A stretch of 64,000 nt of DNA from assembly GCA_963725865.1 (NCBI GenBank), contig CAVSAC010000014.1, positions 864,001 through 928,000 of the forward strand. The letters run 5' to 3'. The position numbers and the translations under genes were made by a program. The notes under the pieces are model-generated. The model did not search any database, was not told the DNA's origin, and worked only from the letters and a program-made list of their open reading frames with translations. Of the stretch, positions 23,329 through 33,192 are shown piece after piece (the stretch's first letter is position 1; each line of letters starts with the position of its first letter). The stretch comes from Candidatus Eiseniibacteriota bacterium. Its GTDB lineage: Bacteria > Eisenbacteria > RBG-16-71-46.

Positions 23329-24784
23329 TTGAAGGTCCTCAGAATCGCGCTGTCGTCCCTGGTGGTACTGGCGCTCGCCGGGATCGTGCTGGCGGCGGCC
23401 CCGAGGCCGCAGGCGGCCGCGCCCAAGGCGGCGCCGGCGATCCCGACCCCGGCGGCCAGCGCCCCGACGACGACTCCCGCGACCGGCCCTTCGTCGTCCC
23501 AGACGCTCGATCGCGTGGCGGCGGTCGTGAACGACGAGGTGGTGCTCGAGAGCGAGGTGTGGGACCAGGTCCAGCAGGTCCTCGCGCGCGCGACAGACCC
23601 GCCCCGATTCCAGCGAGATCGACACCCTGCGCCAGCAGGTGCTCGAGAACCTCATCAACATCAAGCTGGTGTACGCCGAGGCCAAGAAGGCCGGCGTCAC
23701 CCTCAGCGACACCGAGCTCGACCGCTACGTCGACCAGGCGATCGACGGCAAGCGCCAGGAGCTGGGCGGCGAGGAGGCGTTCAACGAGAGCCTGCGCCGC
23801 GAGAACCTCTCGCTCGACCGCCTGCGCCAGCAGTACCGCGAGCAGGTGCGGACCGAGCTGATCTCGGAGCGGTTCCGCGACCGGCAGGTACCGCACCCGC
23901 GCGTGACCGCGACCGAGGCCGAGGCGTTCTTCAAGGAGCATCCCGAGCGGTTCCCGAAGAAGTCGCCGGAGTACCGCCTCGCGGTCATCCAGCTGCCCGT
24001 GACCGCCGACTCGGTGGCCGACGCCGTGGGCCGCGCCGCCGCGCTGGCCGCACGCAAGCGGATCGTGGCCGGCGAGAAGTTCGCGAAGGTGACCGCCGAG
24101 CTGTCGGACGACACCGGCACCGCCCACTCGGGCGGTGACCTCGGCTTCTTCACGCGCGGCACCACCGTGCCCGAGTTCGAGCAGGTCGCCTTCAGCCTCA
24201 AGGTCGGCGTGGTGAGCGAGCCGGTGCGCACGCCGTTCGGCTGGCACCTGATCGAGGTCCTGGAGCGCGACACGCTCAAGACGCGCACCCATCGCGACAG
24301 TCTCGACGCGCAGGGCCAGCCGCTCCAAGAGGCGCACGTGCGCCACCTGCTGATCCGCGTCGAGCCCACGCAGGCGGACGCCGACCGCTACGAGCGCATG
24401 ATCCACGACATCCGCGATCGCGCCGAGCGCGGCGAGGACTTCGGCGCGCTCGCGAAGCGCTACAGCCGCTACGCCGGGCCGCAGAGCGAGGGCGGCGAGA
24501 TCGGCTGGGTGTCGCTCGAGTCCCTCTCGCCCACCATCCGCGCGGCGCTCGACAGCCTGCGCGCCGGCCAGATCTCGGACGTGGTGCCGAGCCCGGGGCA
24601 GCCGACGGGCGTCTCGTTCAACCTGTTCAAGGTGCTCGAGCTGAAGCCCGAGCGCGACTTCACGCTGGACGAGGTGCGCGAGCAGCTGCCCGACGTGGTG
24701 GGGCGCATCCGGTACTCCGACAAGATCGATGAGTGGCTGAAGGGGCTGCGCGCCCGCGCCACCATCGAGATCAAGAAGCTCTAG
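23329..24784 (+). CDS. surA: SurA-like periplasmic chaperone/PPIase; +1 frameshift near 23593
   Basis: GGAGG then TTG; signal peptide; LDRVAAVVNDEVVLESE. Removing one base near 23593 gives LARAQTRPDSSEIDTLRQQVLENLI, then two parvulin domains (GGDLGFF..G...PEFE, HVRHLLI, GGEIGW). Confidence 0.88.
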
Positions 24785-24870
24785 GCCGGCGATGCGAGCA
24801 ACGGGGCCGGTCCATGGATCGGCCCCGTGTGCGTTGAGCCGCGCCGCACCGCTCTGCTAGGTTGGGCCCG

Positions 24871-25554
24871 ATGATCTCGTTCGAGCAGGTCACCAAGCGG
24901 TTCGGAGAGCGCCTCGCCCTCGACGCCGTCAGCTGGGGGATGCGCGAGGGCGAGTGCGTGGTGATCCAGGGTCCCAGCGGCTCGGGCAAGACCACCCTGC
25001 TGCGCCTCATCACCCACGAGCTGCTCCCGACCGGCGGACGCGTCAGCGTCGGCACCTTCGTCGGCGGGCGACTGGCGCGCGGCCAGCGCGCGCTGCTGCG
25101 GCGCACGCTCGGCATCATCTACGAGGACTTCCGGCTGCTGAACGACCGCAGCGTGTTCGAGAACGTGGCGCTCGCCGTGCGGCTCACCGGACACTCGCGC
25201 GACGACGAGGTGATCCCGCGGGTGCTCTACGCCCTCGAGGAGGTCGGGCTCCAGCACCGCCAGGCGCAGTACCCGCACGAGCTGTCGGCCGGCGAGAAGC
25301 AGCGCGCGGCGATCGCGCGCGCGATCGTGAACCGCCCCGCGGTGCTGCTCGCCGACGAGCCCACCGGAGCGCTCGAGCGCCACACCGCCGACGAGGTGCT
25401 GACGCTGTTGCGCCGCATCCACGCCGAAGGCGCGGCGCTGCTCCTCGTCACCACCCGCCAGGACGTCGCCGAGCGGCTGCCGGGCCGCCGCCTGCACCTC
25501 GAGGACGGTCACCTGCTGGAGGCGCCGACCGCGGCGCTGGAGCCACAGTCGTGA
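24871..25554 (+). CDS. ftsE: Cell division ABC ATPase FtsE (several motifs divergent)
   Basis: GPSGSGKTT, LRR.LG, DFRLL..RSVFENVA, LLADEPTG; upstream of ftsX and envC. Confidence 0.88.
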   Translation: MISFEQVTKRFGERLALDAVSWGMREGECVVIQGPSGSGKTTLLRLITHELLPTGGRVSVGTFVGGRLARGQRALLRRTLGIIYEDFRLLNDRSVFENVALAVRLTGHSRDDEVIPRVLYALEEVGLQHRQAQYPHELSAGEKQRAAIARAIVNRPAVLLADEPTGALERHTADEVLTLLRRIHAEGAALLLVTTRQDVAERLPGRRLHLEDGHLLEAPTAALEPQS

Positions 25555-26414
25555 GCATGGTCCTGTACCAGTGGCGCGAGGCCTGGCGGGCATTCACGCA
25601 CCACCGGGCGCTGGCGACCACCGCCATCCTCGCGCTCACCGCCGCGTTGACGCTCGCGGGCATCTTCCTGCTGCTGTCCTGGAACGCCTCGGCCGCGCTG
25701 CGCCTGCTCGGCGACCGGCGCGAAATGGTGGTGTACCTGCGCGACGACGTCGGCGCGGGTGCGCGGAACGCGCTGGTCGAGCGCCTGCGGCAGCTGTTCG
25801 GCACCGTCACCTACGTCAGCAAGGAACAGGCGTGGGACGAGCTCGCGCAGCAGATCGGAGACCGCGAGCTGCTCGAGTCGGTGGACTCCAACCCGCTGCC
25901 GGCCTCGCTGCGCGTGCGCCTGAAGCCCGAGCTGCTCAACGCCCCGGCGATGGAGCAGGCCGCGAGCCAGGTCAAGGCGTTCCCCGAGGTCGAAGACGTG
26001 CGCTACGGGGCGGAGTGGGTGCGGCGGCTCGACGACCTGGCGGCGGCGCTCCACCGCGGATCGATCGCGGTCGGCACCGCGATCGGGCTGGCGTTCGTGT
26101 TCGTGCTCTACAACCTGGTCCGGCTGCTGGTGCTCACGCGGCGGCGGGACATCGAGATCATGCTGCGCCTGGGCGCGAGCGACCGCTTCATCGCGTCGCC
26201 GTTCGTGATCGAGGCGGTGTGGGTGGGGCTGATCGCCTCGCTGGTCGCCCTCGTCGTCCTGTTCGCGCTCCAGCGCGCGGTCGAGGCGCAGATCCCCGGC
26301 GTGGCGTTCCTGCCGTGGACGTGGGCCGCCGCATTCGTCGCCGCCACCGCCGTGCTTGCGTGGCTCACCGCGGTGCTCGCGCTGTCGAGGGTGCTGCGCT
26401 CGGTCGGCCCGTGA
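25551..26414 (+). CDS. ftsX: Cell division permease FtsX
   Basis: YVSKEQA, NPLPAS, VEDVRYG, RR.DIEIM..LGAS..FI..PF..E; four TM segments. Confidence 0.93.
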   Translation: MSMVLYQWREAWRAFTHHRALATTAILALTAALTLAGIFLLLSWNASAALRLLGDRREMVVYLRDDVGAGARNALVERLRQLFGTVTYVSKEQAWDELAQQIGDRELLESVDSNPLPASLRVRLKPELLNAPAMEQAASQVKAFPEVEDVRYGAEWVRRLDDLAAALHRGSIAVGTAIGLAFVFVLYNLVRLLVLTRRRDIEIMLRLGASDRFIASPFVIEAVWVGLIASLVALVVLFALQRAVEAQIPGVAFLPWTWAAAFVAATAVLAWLTAVLALSRVLRSVGP

Positions 26415-27664
26415 AGCGCCGCGTCCTCGCCGTCGCGACCGTGCTGGCGCTGGCGGCACCGGCGCTGGCGCCGCCGCGCGGAGTGCCGCCCGCGCGCGCG
26501 CAGACCGCCGAGGACTCCACCGCCGCCGCGCAGCGCCGCGAGGAAGACGCCCGCCTCGAGGCCCAGAAGCGCAGCGAGCTCGACGCGATCCAGCGCCAGG
26601 CGCGCGAGAAGCGCGAAGCCGCGACCCGCCTGCGCGGCCAGGAGCGCACCGCGCTCACCCGGCTGCAGCGCACGGAGAAGCAGCTGACCTCCACCCGCAA
26701 GCGGCTGCGCAACCTCCACCAGCACGAGCAGCGCCTCGACCAGCAGCTCGAGGTCACGCAGGCCAGCCTGCGGCGCAGCATCGCGACGCTCGACCAGCAG
26801 CGCCGGCTGCTCGCGCGCCGCCTGCGCGCGCTCTACAAGTATGGCGCCGGCCGCGAGCTGGAGTTCCTGCTCTCGACGCGCTCGTTCGCGCAGCTGCTCG
26901 CCCGCTGGGACTACGTGGTGATGGTGGCGGAGCAGGACCGCCTGCTGCTCGAAGAGTTCCGCGGGCAGAAGCAGGACGTCGAGACCCAGAAGACGACGCT
27001 CGAGGGCAACCTGCAGGAGATCGAGCGCACCGCCCAGCGGACCACGAAGGAGAACCAGCGCCTCGCCGCGCTGCGCCAGCAGCACGCACAGACCGTGACG
27101 GAGATCCAGTCGCAGCGCCAGGCCTATGAGGCGGCGGCCGCCGAGCTGGAGCGCACCGCGAAGAACATCCGCGGCCTGCTCGCCTCGCTCGAGCGCAGGC
27201 GCAAGGAGGAGGCCGACCGCGCGCGGGCTTCGGGCCGCGCACCCGAGCCCTACACCGGCGACTTCGCCCGCGGGCGCGGCGCGCTCGACTGGCCGGTGCG
27301 CGGGAACATCATCGGCACCTTCGGTCAGGAGAAGCACCCCAAGTACAACGTCTACACCGTCAACAACGGCATCGACATCGAGGTGCCGGTCGGCACCGCG
27401 GTGCGGGCGGTGGCGAAGGGCCGCATCGACTACGTGAGCGAGGAGTATTCGTCGATGGGCGGCATGGTGGTGATCAACCACGGGGACGGCTACTACACGC
27501 TCTACGGGCACCTGTCCGAGATCGGCGTGGCGGTGGGCCAGGAGGTCGCCGCCGGCGCGTCGGTCGGACGCTCGGGCGAGACCGGCTCGCTCAAGGGGCC
27601 GGTGCTCCATTTCGAGGTGCGCAAGGGGCAGGCGGCGCTCGATCCCCAGGAGTGGCTGCGCTAG
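26411..27664 (+). CDS. envC: EnvC-like murein hydrolase activator (coiled coil + degenerate M23/LytM)
   Basis: Signal peptide, long coiled coil, WPVRG, NNGIDI (HxxxD His replaced), HGDGYYTLYGHL, LHFEVR; follows ftsEX. Confidence 0.9.
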   Translation: MKRRVLAVATVLALAAPALAPPRGVPPARAQTAEDSTAAAQRREEDARLEAQKRSELDAIQRQAREKREAATRLRGQERTALTRLQRTEKQLTSTRKRLRNLHQHEQRLDQQLEVTQASLRRSIATLDQQRRLLARRLRALYKYGAGRELEFLLSTRSFAQLLARWDYVVMVAEQDRLLLEEFRGQKQDVETQKTTLEGNLQEIERTAQRTTKENQRLAALRQQHAQTVTEIQSQRQAYEAAAAELERTAKNIRGLLASLERRRKEEADRARASGRAPEPYTGDFARGRGALDWPVRGNIIGTFGQEKHPKYNVYTVNNGIDIEVPVGTAVRAVAKGRIDYVSEEYSSMGGMVVINHGDGYYTLYGHLSEIGVAVGQEVAAGASVGRSGETGSLKGPVLHFEVRKGQAALDPQEWLR

Positions 27665-27666
27665 CC

Positions 27667-28875
27667 ATGGCGACCGTGCGCCTCGCCGAGCTGCTCGGCC
27701 AGTCCGACGTCGCCGACTTCCTGCGCCACGTGGTGGCCGGCGGGCGCCCGGCCAACGCCTACCTGTTCCACGGGCCCGCGGGGGTCGGCAAGGGCACCGC
27801 GGCGCTCGCGTTCGCGCGGGCGCTGATGTGCGAGCACACCGCCGCCGCGCCGCCCGCGGCGCCGAGCCTGTTCGACGCCGCGCCCGCCACCGCGGCATCC
27901 GCCCCGTCGGCGGACGACGCCTGCGGCACGTGCCCCGCGTGCGTGAAGTCCGGCGCGCTCCAGCATCCCGATCTGCGGCTGCTGTTCCCGGTCTCGGGCG
28001 AGGAGCGCGAGCTCGAGAAGACCATCGCCGAGACGCTGCAGACGATGCGGGACGATCCGTACTTCACGTTCACGTACGACAAGGCCGCCTCGATCCGCCT
28101 CTCGGTCACGCGCGAGCTGCTGCGCGAGCTGGCCTACAAGCCGTTCGAGTCGGCGCGCCGTGTGGTGCTGGTGCGCGACGCCGACCGCATGCGCGAGGAC
28201 CAGTACTCCGCGATGCTCAAGGCCATCGAGGAACCCGGCGCCGCGACGGTGTGGGTGCTCACCACCGCGCGACTCGCGCGCCTGCCGGCCACCATCCGCT
28301 CGCGCTGCCAGCGCGTGCGGTTCGCGCCGCTGCCCGAGGCGCGGGTGAGCGCGTTCCTGGAGGAGCGACTGGGCTTCGCGCCACCGGCGGCCCGCATGCT
28401 GGCGGCGCTCTCGGGCGGCTCGCTGGCGCGCGCGCTGGCGCTGCGCGAGCAGGATCCGCGGGCGCTGCGCGACGCGGCGCTCGCGCTGCTGGAGCCGGCG
28501 CTCGCGCAGGACCCCGCCCGGCTCTGGCAGGCGACCCAGCGCTTCACGCAGTTCGGCAAGCTCGGGCGCGAGTCGCTGCGGCGGATGGCGGAATTCCACA
28601 TGCTCTGGCTCCGCGATCTGCTGCGGGCGCGTTACGAGGTGCCGCGCGAGCGGCTCGTGAACCGTGACCGGGAGGACGAGATCCGCGCTCAGGCCGCGCG
28701 CGTCGACGCCACCGAGATCCGGCGCCGCCTGATGGTGCTCGAAGAGATGCTGCGCGCCATCGAGGGCAACGTCACCGCGGAGATGGCCCTGTTCTCCGGA
28801 CTCTCGCGGGTCGCTGGGGCCCGCGTCGGCGAGGGCGAGTGGCCCCGCCACGCGACCGCGCGCTGGGAGTACTGA
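27667..28875 (+). CDS. holB: DNA polymerase III subunit delta'
   Basis: AYLFHGPAGVGK, CG.C..C zinc motif, HPDL, LK.IEEP, TIRSRC. Confidence 0.93.
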   Translation: MATVRLAELLGQSDVADFLRHVVAGGRPANAYLFHGPAGVGKGTAALAFARALMCEHTAAAPPAAPSLFDAAPATAASAPSADDACGTCPACVKSGALQHPDLRLLFPVSGEERELEKTIAETLQTMRDDPYFTFTYDKAASIRLSVTRELLRELAYKPFESARRVVLVRDADRMREDQYSAMLKAIEEPGAATVWVLTTARLARLPATIRSRCQRVRFAPLPEARVSAFLEERLGFAPPAARMLAALSGGSLARALALREQDPRALRDAALALLEPALAQDPARLWQATQRFTQFGKLGRESLRRMAEFHMLWLRDLLRARYEVPRERLVNRDREDEIRAQAARVDATEIRRRLMVLEEMLRAIEGNVTAEMALFSGLSRVAGARVGEGEWPRHATARWEY

Positions 28876-29154
28876 GGCGGGCCCCGCTCCCGGGGTCGGC
28901 GATCCGCTGACCGACCCGGCCCGGCCGTGGCGCTGCGCCCGCGCCCGCCGCCCGCGCTCCGCGTTCGAGACCGTGAAACTCGCCGCCGGCTGCGTTATGC
29001 TCCCGCCGTTCGTGTCCGCCGGACATCGGCGGGCCAGCAGCGCATAGCCGCGAGCGGCGCACCCGTCGCCGCCCGGACCACCCCTCGACGCGATCCGCCG
29101 GCGCTCCCCGGGCCGGCTCGAAGAGCGGACCGCACCGCTCCAATAGAGGCCTCG

Positions 29155-30051
29155 ATGTCGGACATCATCCAGGTCGCCCTGCGCGGCGCCCGGCGGGAGT
29201 TCTTCCTCAACTCCCGCACCCTGTGGCTCAAGCTGCGCGACCCCGTGATCGTGCAGGGCGAGCACGGCGAGATCCTCGGCAACGTCTCCCTCAAGGACCC
29301 CACGCTCGTGGGCCTCCACAAGCCGGGCAACGTCACCCGCGAGATCATCCGCAAGGCGACCGAGGAGGACCTCGACATCGCCGACCGTCGCAAGGTCCGC
29401 GAGAGCGAGGCGTTCGAATACTGCCGGGAGCGGATCGAGCTCCGCGAGCTCAAGATGGAGCTGGTCGAGGTCGAGGCCGCGTTCGGCGGCCATCGCATCA
29501 CGTTCTTCTTCACGGCCGAGCACCGCGTGGACTTCCGCGAGCTCGTGCGCGACCTCGCGGCGCGCTTCCAGTGCCGCATCGAGCTGCGGCAGATCGGCGT
29601 GCGCGACAGCGCCAAGCGCATGGACGGCTGCGGGCCGTGCGGGCGCGCGTTCTGCTGCTCGTCGTGGCTGAAGGACTTCCATCCGGTCACCCTCAAGATG
29701 GCGCGCGAGCAGCAGCTCTCGCTCAACCCCACCAAGATCTCGGGCGCGTGCGGGCGGCTGATGTGCTGCCTCGCGTACGAGCTGGCGCAGTACCGCGACA
29801 GCGCCGCACGGCTGCCCGCGGTGGGCGCCGAGCTCCACACCGGGCAGGGGGTGATGCGGGTGACGCGCACCGAGATCTACCAGGAGGCGGTGTGGGTGCG
29901 CGACGACGAGGGCGGCGAGCACCGCATCGCGTACGCCGACCTGCCGCCGGGCCCGTATCACAAGTGCGGCGACTGCGGCTGCGGCAAGAAGGGCAACAAG
30001 CCGAAGGACGATCCTGCCGGCCCCGACGACGGTCCGCCGTCGGAGAGCTGA
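29155..30051 (+). CDS. ricT: PSP1/RicT (YaaT) regulatory Fe-S protein
   Basis: FTAEHRVDFRELVRDLA, RIELRQIGVRD.AK, GPCGRAFCC, KISGACGRLMCCL.YE; follows holB. Confidence 0.93.
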   Translation: MSDIIQVALRGARREFFLNSRTLWLKLRDPVIVQGEHGEILGNVSLKDPTLVGLHKPGNVTREIIRKATEEDLDIADRRKVRESEAFEYCRERIELRELKMELVEVEAAFGGHRITFFFTAEHRVDFRELVRDLAARFQCRIELRQIGVRDSAKRMDGCGPCGRAFCCSSWLKDFHPVTLKMAREQQLSLNPTKISGACGRLMCCLAYELAQYRDSAARLPAVGAELHTGQGVMRVTRTEIYQEAVWVRDDEGGEHRIAYADLPPGPYHKCGDCGCGKKGNKPKDDPAGPDDGPPSES

Positions 30052-30200
30052 CCGCGGCCGGGACGGCCGGCGCGGACCGCAATGCCGGACGCGTGCATCG
30101 AAGGGGCGATGCGCGCGCTCCCGCACCGCACGTGACCCGGCGCCGCCGGAGCGATCCGGAGGCGCCCCACTCCCAACCCATCCTTCACCGGAGGTGCTCG

Positions 30201-30965
30201 TTGAGATCCGATCGTCGTCAGTTCCTGCAGGTCCTCGGCACGGCCGGGGCGGCCGCCGCGCTCGCGCCGCTCGCGAGCGCGCTCGCGCCCGCGGCCGCGA
30301 CGGCGCAGACCGCGGCCCCGGCGCCCGCCACGGCGGCGCCCGCCGGCCCGTTCGCGCTCCCGCCGCTGCCGTACCCACCCGACGCGCTCGAACCGCACAT
30401 CGACGCCGCGACCATGACGCTCCACCACGACAAGCACCACGCGGCCTACGTGAACAACCTCAACAAGGCGCTGGCCGGCAAGCCCGAGTACGAGGGGCGG
30501 ACCATCGAGTCGCTGCTGGCGAACGGGATGCACGGCGTGCCCGGCGAGCTGGCCCCGGTGGTCCGTAACATGGGCGGCGGGCACTACAACCACTCGCTGC
30601 TGTGGACGAGTCTCAAGAAGAACCCCAAGGCCGCCCCCAGCGGCGAGCTGGCGAGCGCGATCGACGCCCAGTGGGGCTCGTTCTCGGCGTTCCAGGACAA
30701 GCTCGCCGCCTCCGCGATGGCGGTGTTCGGCAGCGGCTGGGCGTGGCTGGTACACAACCCCAAGACCGGCCTGCTCCTCGTCAACATGCCGAACCAGGAC
30801 ACGCCGCTGATGACGGGATTCACACCGCTGCTCGGCATCGACGTCTGGGAGCACGCCTACTACCTCAAGTACCAGAACCGCCGCGCGGACTACGTGGCCG
30901 CGTTCGCGAAGGTGGTGGACTGGGACGAGATCTCGCGCCGCTACGCCGCGGCGAAGCAGGGCTGA
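30201..30965 (+). CDS. sodA: Superoxide dismutase (Mn-type signature) with Tat signal peptide
   Basis: GGAGG then TTG; DRRQFLQ twin-arginine motif; HHDKHH, GGGHYNH, FGSGWAWL, NQD, DVWEHAYY. Confidence 0.93.
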   Translation: MRSDRRQFLQVLGTAGAAAALAPLASALAPAAATAQTAAPAPATAAPAGPFALPPLPYPPDALEPHIDAATMTLHHDKHHAAYVNNLNKALAGKPEYEGRTIESLLANGMHGVPGELAPVVRNMGGGHYNHSLLWTSLKKNPKAAPSGELASAIDAQWGSFSAFQDKLAASAMAVFGSGWAWLVHNPKTGLLLVNMPNQDTPLMTGFTPLLGIDVWEHAYYLKYQNRRADYVAAFAKVVDWDEISRRYAAAKQG

Positions 30966-30966
30966 G

Positions 30967-31350
30967 ATGATCCCGCGCCATCGCGTCTCGTCGGGCTCGC
31001 CCTACGAGGCGCCGATCGGATTCAGCCGCGCGGTGCGGGCCGGCGACCGGGTGGTGGTCGCCGGCACCGCCCCGGTGTGGCCGGACGGCTCGTGCGATCC
31101 CGACCCCGAGGTGCAGGCGCGCCGCTGCTTCGAGATCATCCTGGCGGCGATCCGCGAGGCGGGCGCCGTCCCCTCCCAGGTGGTGCGCACGCGCATGTAC
31201 CTGACCGACGTCGCCGACTGGGAGGCGGTCGGACGCGCGCACGGCGCGGTGTTCGGCGACGCGCGGCCGGCGGCCACCATGATCGTGGTGAAGGCCCTGC
31301 TCGACCCGCGCTGGAAGGTGGAGATCGAAGCGGAGGCGGTGATCGGATGA
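30967..31350 (+). CDS. RidA/YjgF family protein
   Basis: GFSRAVR, VVRTRMY, RPAATM, KVEIEAEA. Confidence 0.92.
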   Translation: MIPRHRVSSGSPYEAPIGFSRAVRAGDRVVVAGTAPVWPDGSCDPDPEVQARRCFEIILAAIREAGAVPSQVVRTRMYLTDVADWEAVGRAHGAVFGDARPAATMIVVKALLDPRWKVEIEAEAVIG

Positions 31351-31426
31351 ACGCCCGACGGGCGCGGCCGGCCCCGGGAGACGATTCGGGTATACTCCGG
31401 CGCGCATTTCTCCCCGGGAGACCCAC

Positions 31427-33184
31427 GTGCCACGCCGCTTCTACATCACCACCGCCATCGACTACGTGAACGGCCGCCCCCATCTGGGGCACGCCTACGA
31501 GAAGGTCCTCGCCGACGCGATCGCGCGCTTCCATCGCCAGCGCGGGGACCAGACGTTCTTCCTGACCGGCACCGACGAGCACGGCCAGAAGGTGGCGCGC
31601 GCCGCCGCCGCCGAGGGCAAGACGCCGAAGGCGTTCGTCGACTTCTACGCCGAGACCTTCAAGTCGGCGTGGTCGGCGCTCGGGGTCCGCTACGACCACT
31701 TCATCCGCACCACCGACAAGCGTCACGAGCTGGCGGTGCAGGAGCTGTTCCGCCGCCTCGCGCAGGCGCGCAGTCCCAAGACCGGCGAGCCGGTGCTGTT
31801 CGAGCAGGACTACGAGGGCTTCTACTGCGAGGGCTGCGAGGCGTTCAAGCAGGAGAAGGACCTGGTCAACGGTCGCTGCGAGCTGCATCCGACGCGGCCG
31901 ATCAAGAAGATCAAGGAGACCAACTTCTTCTTCCGCCTCTCCGAGTACGACGAGGCGCTGAGCAAGCACTTCCAGGCCCACCCCGAGTTCGTGCGCCCCG
32001 ATTACCGCCTCAACGAGGTGCTGAAGGTGATCGAGGAGGGCCTCGAGGACGTGTCGTTCTCGCGCCCGAACCTCGAGTGGGGGATTCCGCTGCCCGCGGA
32101 GATCGAGGGCGGCGAGGGCCATGTGGCGTACGTGTGGGGCGACGCGCTGCTCAACTACCTCTCGGCGCTCGGCTGGCCGGAGCGGCGCTACTCGCTCTGG
32201 TGGCTCGCGAAGGAGTCCGAGACCGGCGGGCCGGGGGCGACCCGGCAGGACGTGTTCGCCGAGCTGGACGGCCAGGGGCGCCCGGGCGCGGCCTGGGCCG
32301 GCACCGGGCAGCCGCTCTACACCAACGCGTTCCACCTGATCGGCAAGGACATCAGCCGCTTCCACTGCCTGCTGTGGCCCGCGATGCTGCTCGCCGCCGG
32401 GGTGCCGCTGCCGCGCCAGGTGTACGTGCACGGCTTCGTCTACGCCCGCGGCAGCCGGCTCTCGAAGTCGTCGGGCAACGTCGTCGATCCGCTCGCGCTG
32501 GCCGCGGCGGTCGGCACCGACGTGCTGCGCTTCTGGCTGCTCGACGCGATCCCGACCGGCCAGGACGGCAATCTCTATCCCGACCAGTTCATCGAGCACG
32601 TGAACACCCACCTCGCGAACAAGTTCGGCAACCTCGCGAGCCGCGCGGTGACGCTCGTGCACAAGTACTTCGACGGGCACACGCCCACCGAGTGGGCTCC
32701 GGATGCGTTCGCCGACGCCGAGGTGCGCGCCGCACTCGCGGCGGTGCAGGCCGCCGCGGCGAGCGCCGCCACCGCGGTGCCGCGCGCGTTCGAGGAGTTC
32801 GAGATCCACACGGCGCTCGACGCCGCGTGGGACGTGGTGGAGCGCGCGAACGAGTTCACCGACCGCGCCAAGCCCTGGGAGGTCAGCCGGGATCCCGCGC
32901 GGCGCGCGGAGCTGGGCACCACGCTGTCGGCGCTGCTCGAGACGCTGCGGCTGGTCGCGGTGTGGGCATGGCCGGCGATCCCCTCCAAGAGCGAGGAGCT
33001 GTGGGCGGTGCTCGGCCTTCCGGGCGAGCCCGGCGAGGTGCGCGGCGACGACGCGCGTCCGCGCTTCGGCGCCACCCCGTCGCGGCCGCTGCAGCCGGCG
33101 AGCATCCTGTTCCCGCGCCTCGAGCCGAAGGCCGTGCAGGCGTTCTTCCCGGCCGCCGAGGAGGCCGCGGGGCCCGCCTCCTGA
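31427..33184 (+). CDS. metG: Methionine--tRNA ligase (no C-terminal tRNA-binding domain)
   Basis: YITTAIDYVNG.PHLGH, TGTDEHGQK, YC..CE knuckle, YVW.DAL.NY, GKDI, RLSKS. Confidence 0.97.
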   Translation: MPRRFYITTAIDYVNGRPHLGHAYEKVLADAIARFHRQRGDQTFFLTGTDEHGQKVARAAAAEGKTPKAFVDFYAETFKSAWSALGVRYDHFIRTTDKRHELAVQELFRRLAQARSPKTGEPVLFEQDYEGFYCEGCEAFKQEKDLVNGRCELHPTRPIKKIKETNFFFRLSEYDEALSKHFQAHPEFVRPDYRLNEVLKVIEEGLEDVSFSRPNLEWGIPLPAEIEGGEGHVAYVWGDALLNYLSALGWPERRYSLWWLAKESETGGPGATRQDVFAELDGQGRPGAAWAGTGQPLYTNAFHLIGKDISRFHCLLWPAMLLAAGVPLPRQVYVHGFVYARGSRLSKSSGNVVDPLALAAAVGTDVLRFWLLDAIPTGQDGNLYPDQFIEHVNTHLANKFGNLASRAVTLVHKYFDGHTPTEWAPDAFADAEVRAALAAVQAAAASAATAVPRAFEEFEIHTALDAAWDVVERANEFTDRAKPWEVSRDPARRAELGTTLSALLETLRLVAVWAWPAIPSKSEELWAVLGLPGEPGEVRGDDARPRFGATPSRPLQPASILFPRLEPKAVQAFFPAAEEAAGPAS

Positions 33185-33192
33185 AGCCGCTC

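Noticed and set aside
27300..27664. Missing zinc ligands in the M23 domain
   Set aside because: Normal for EnvC-type activators.
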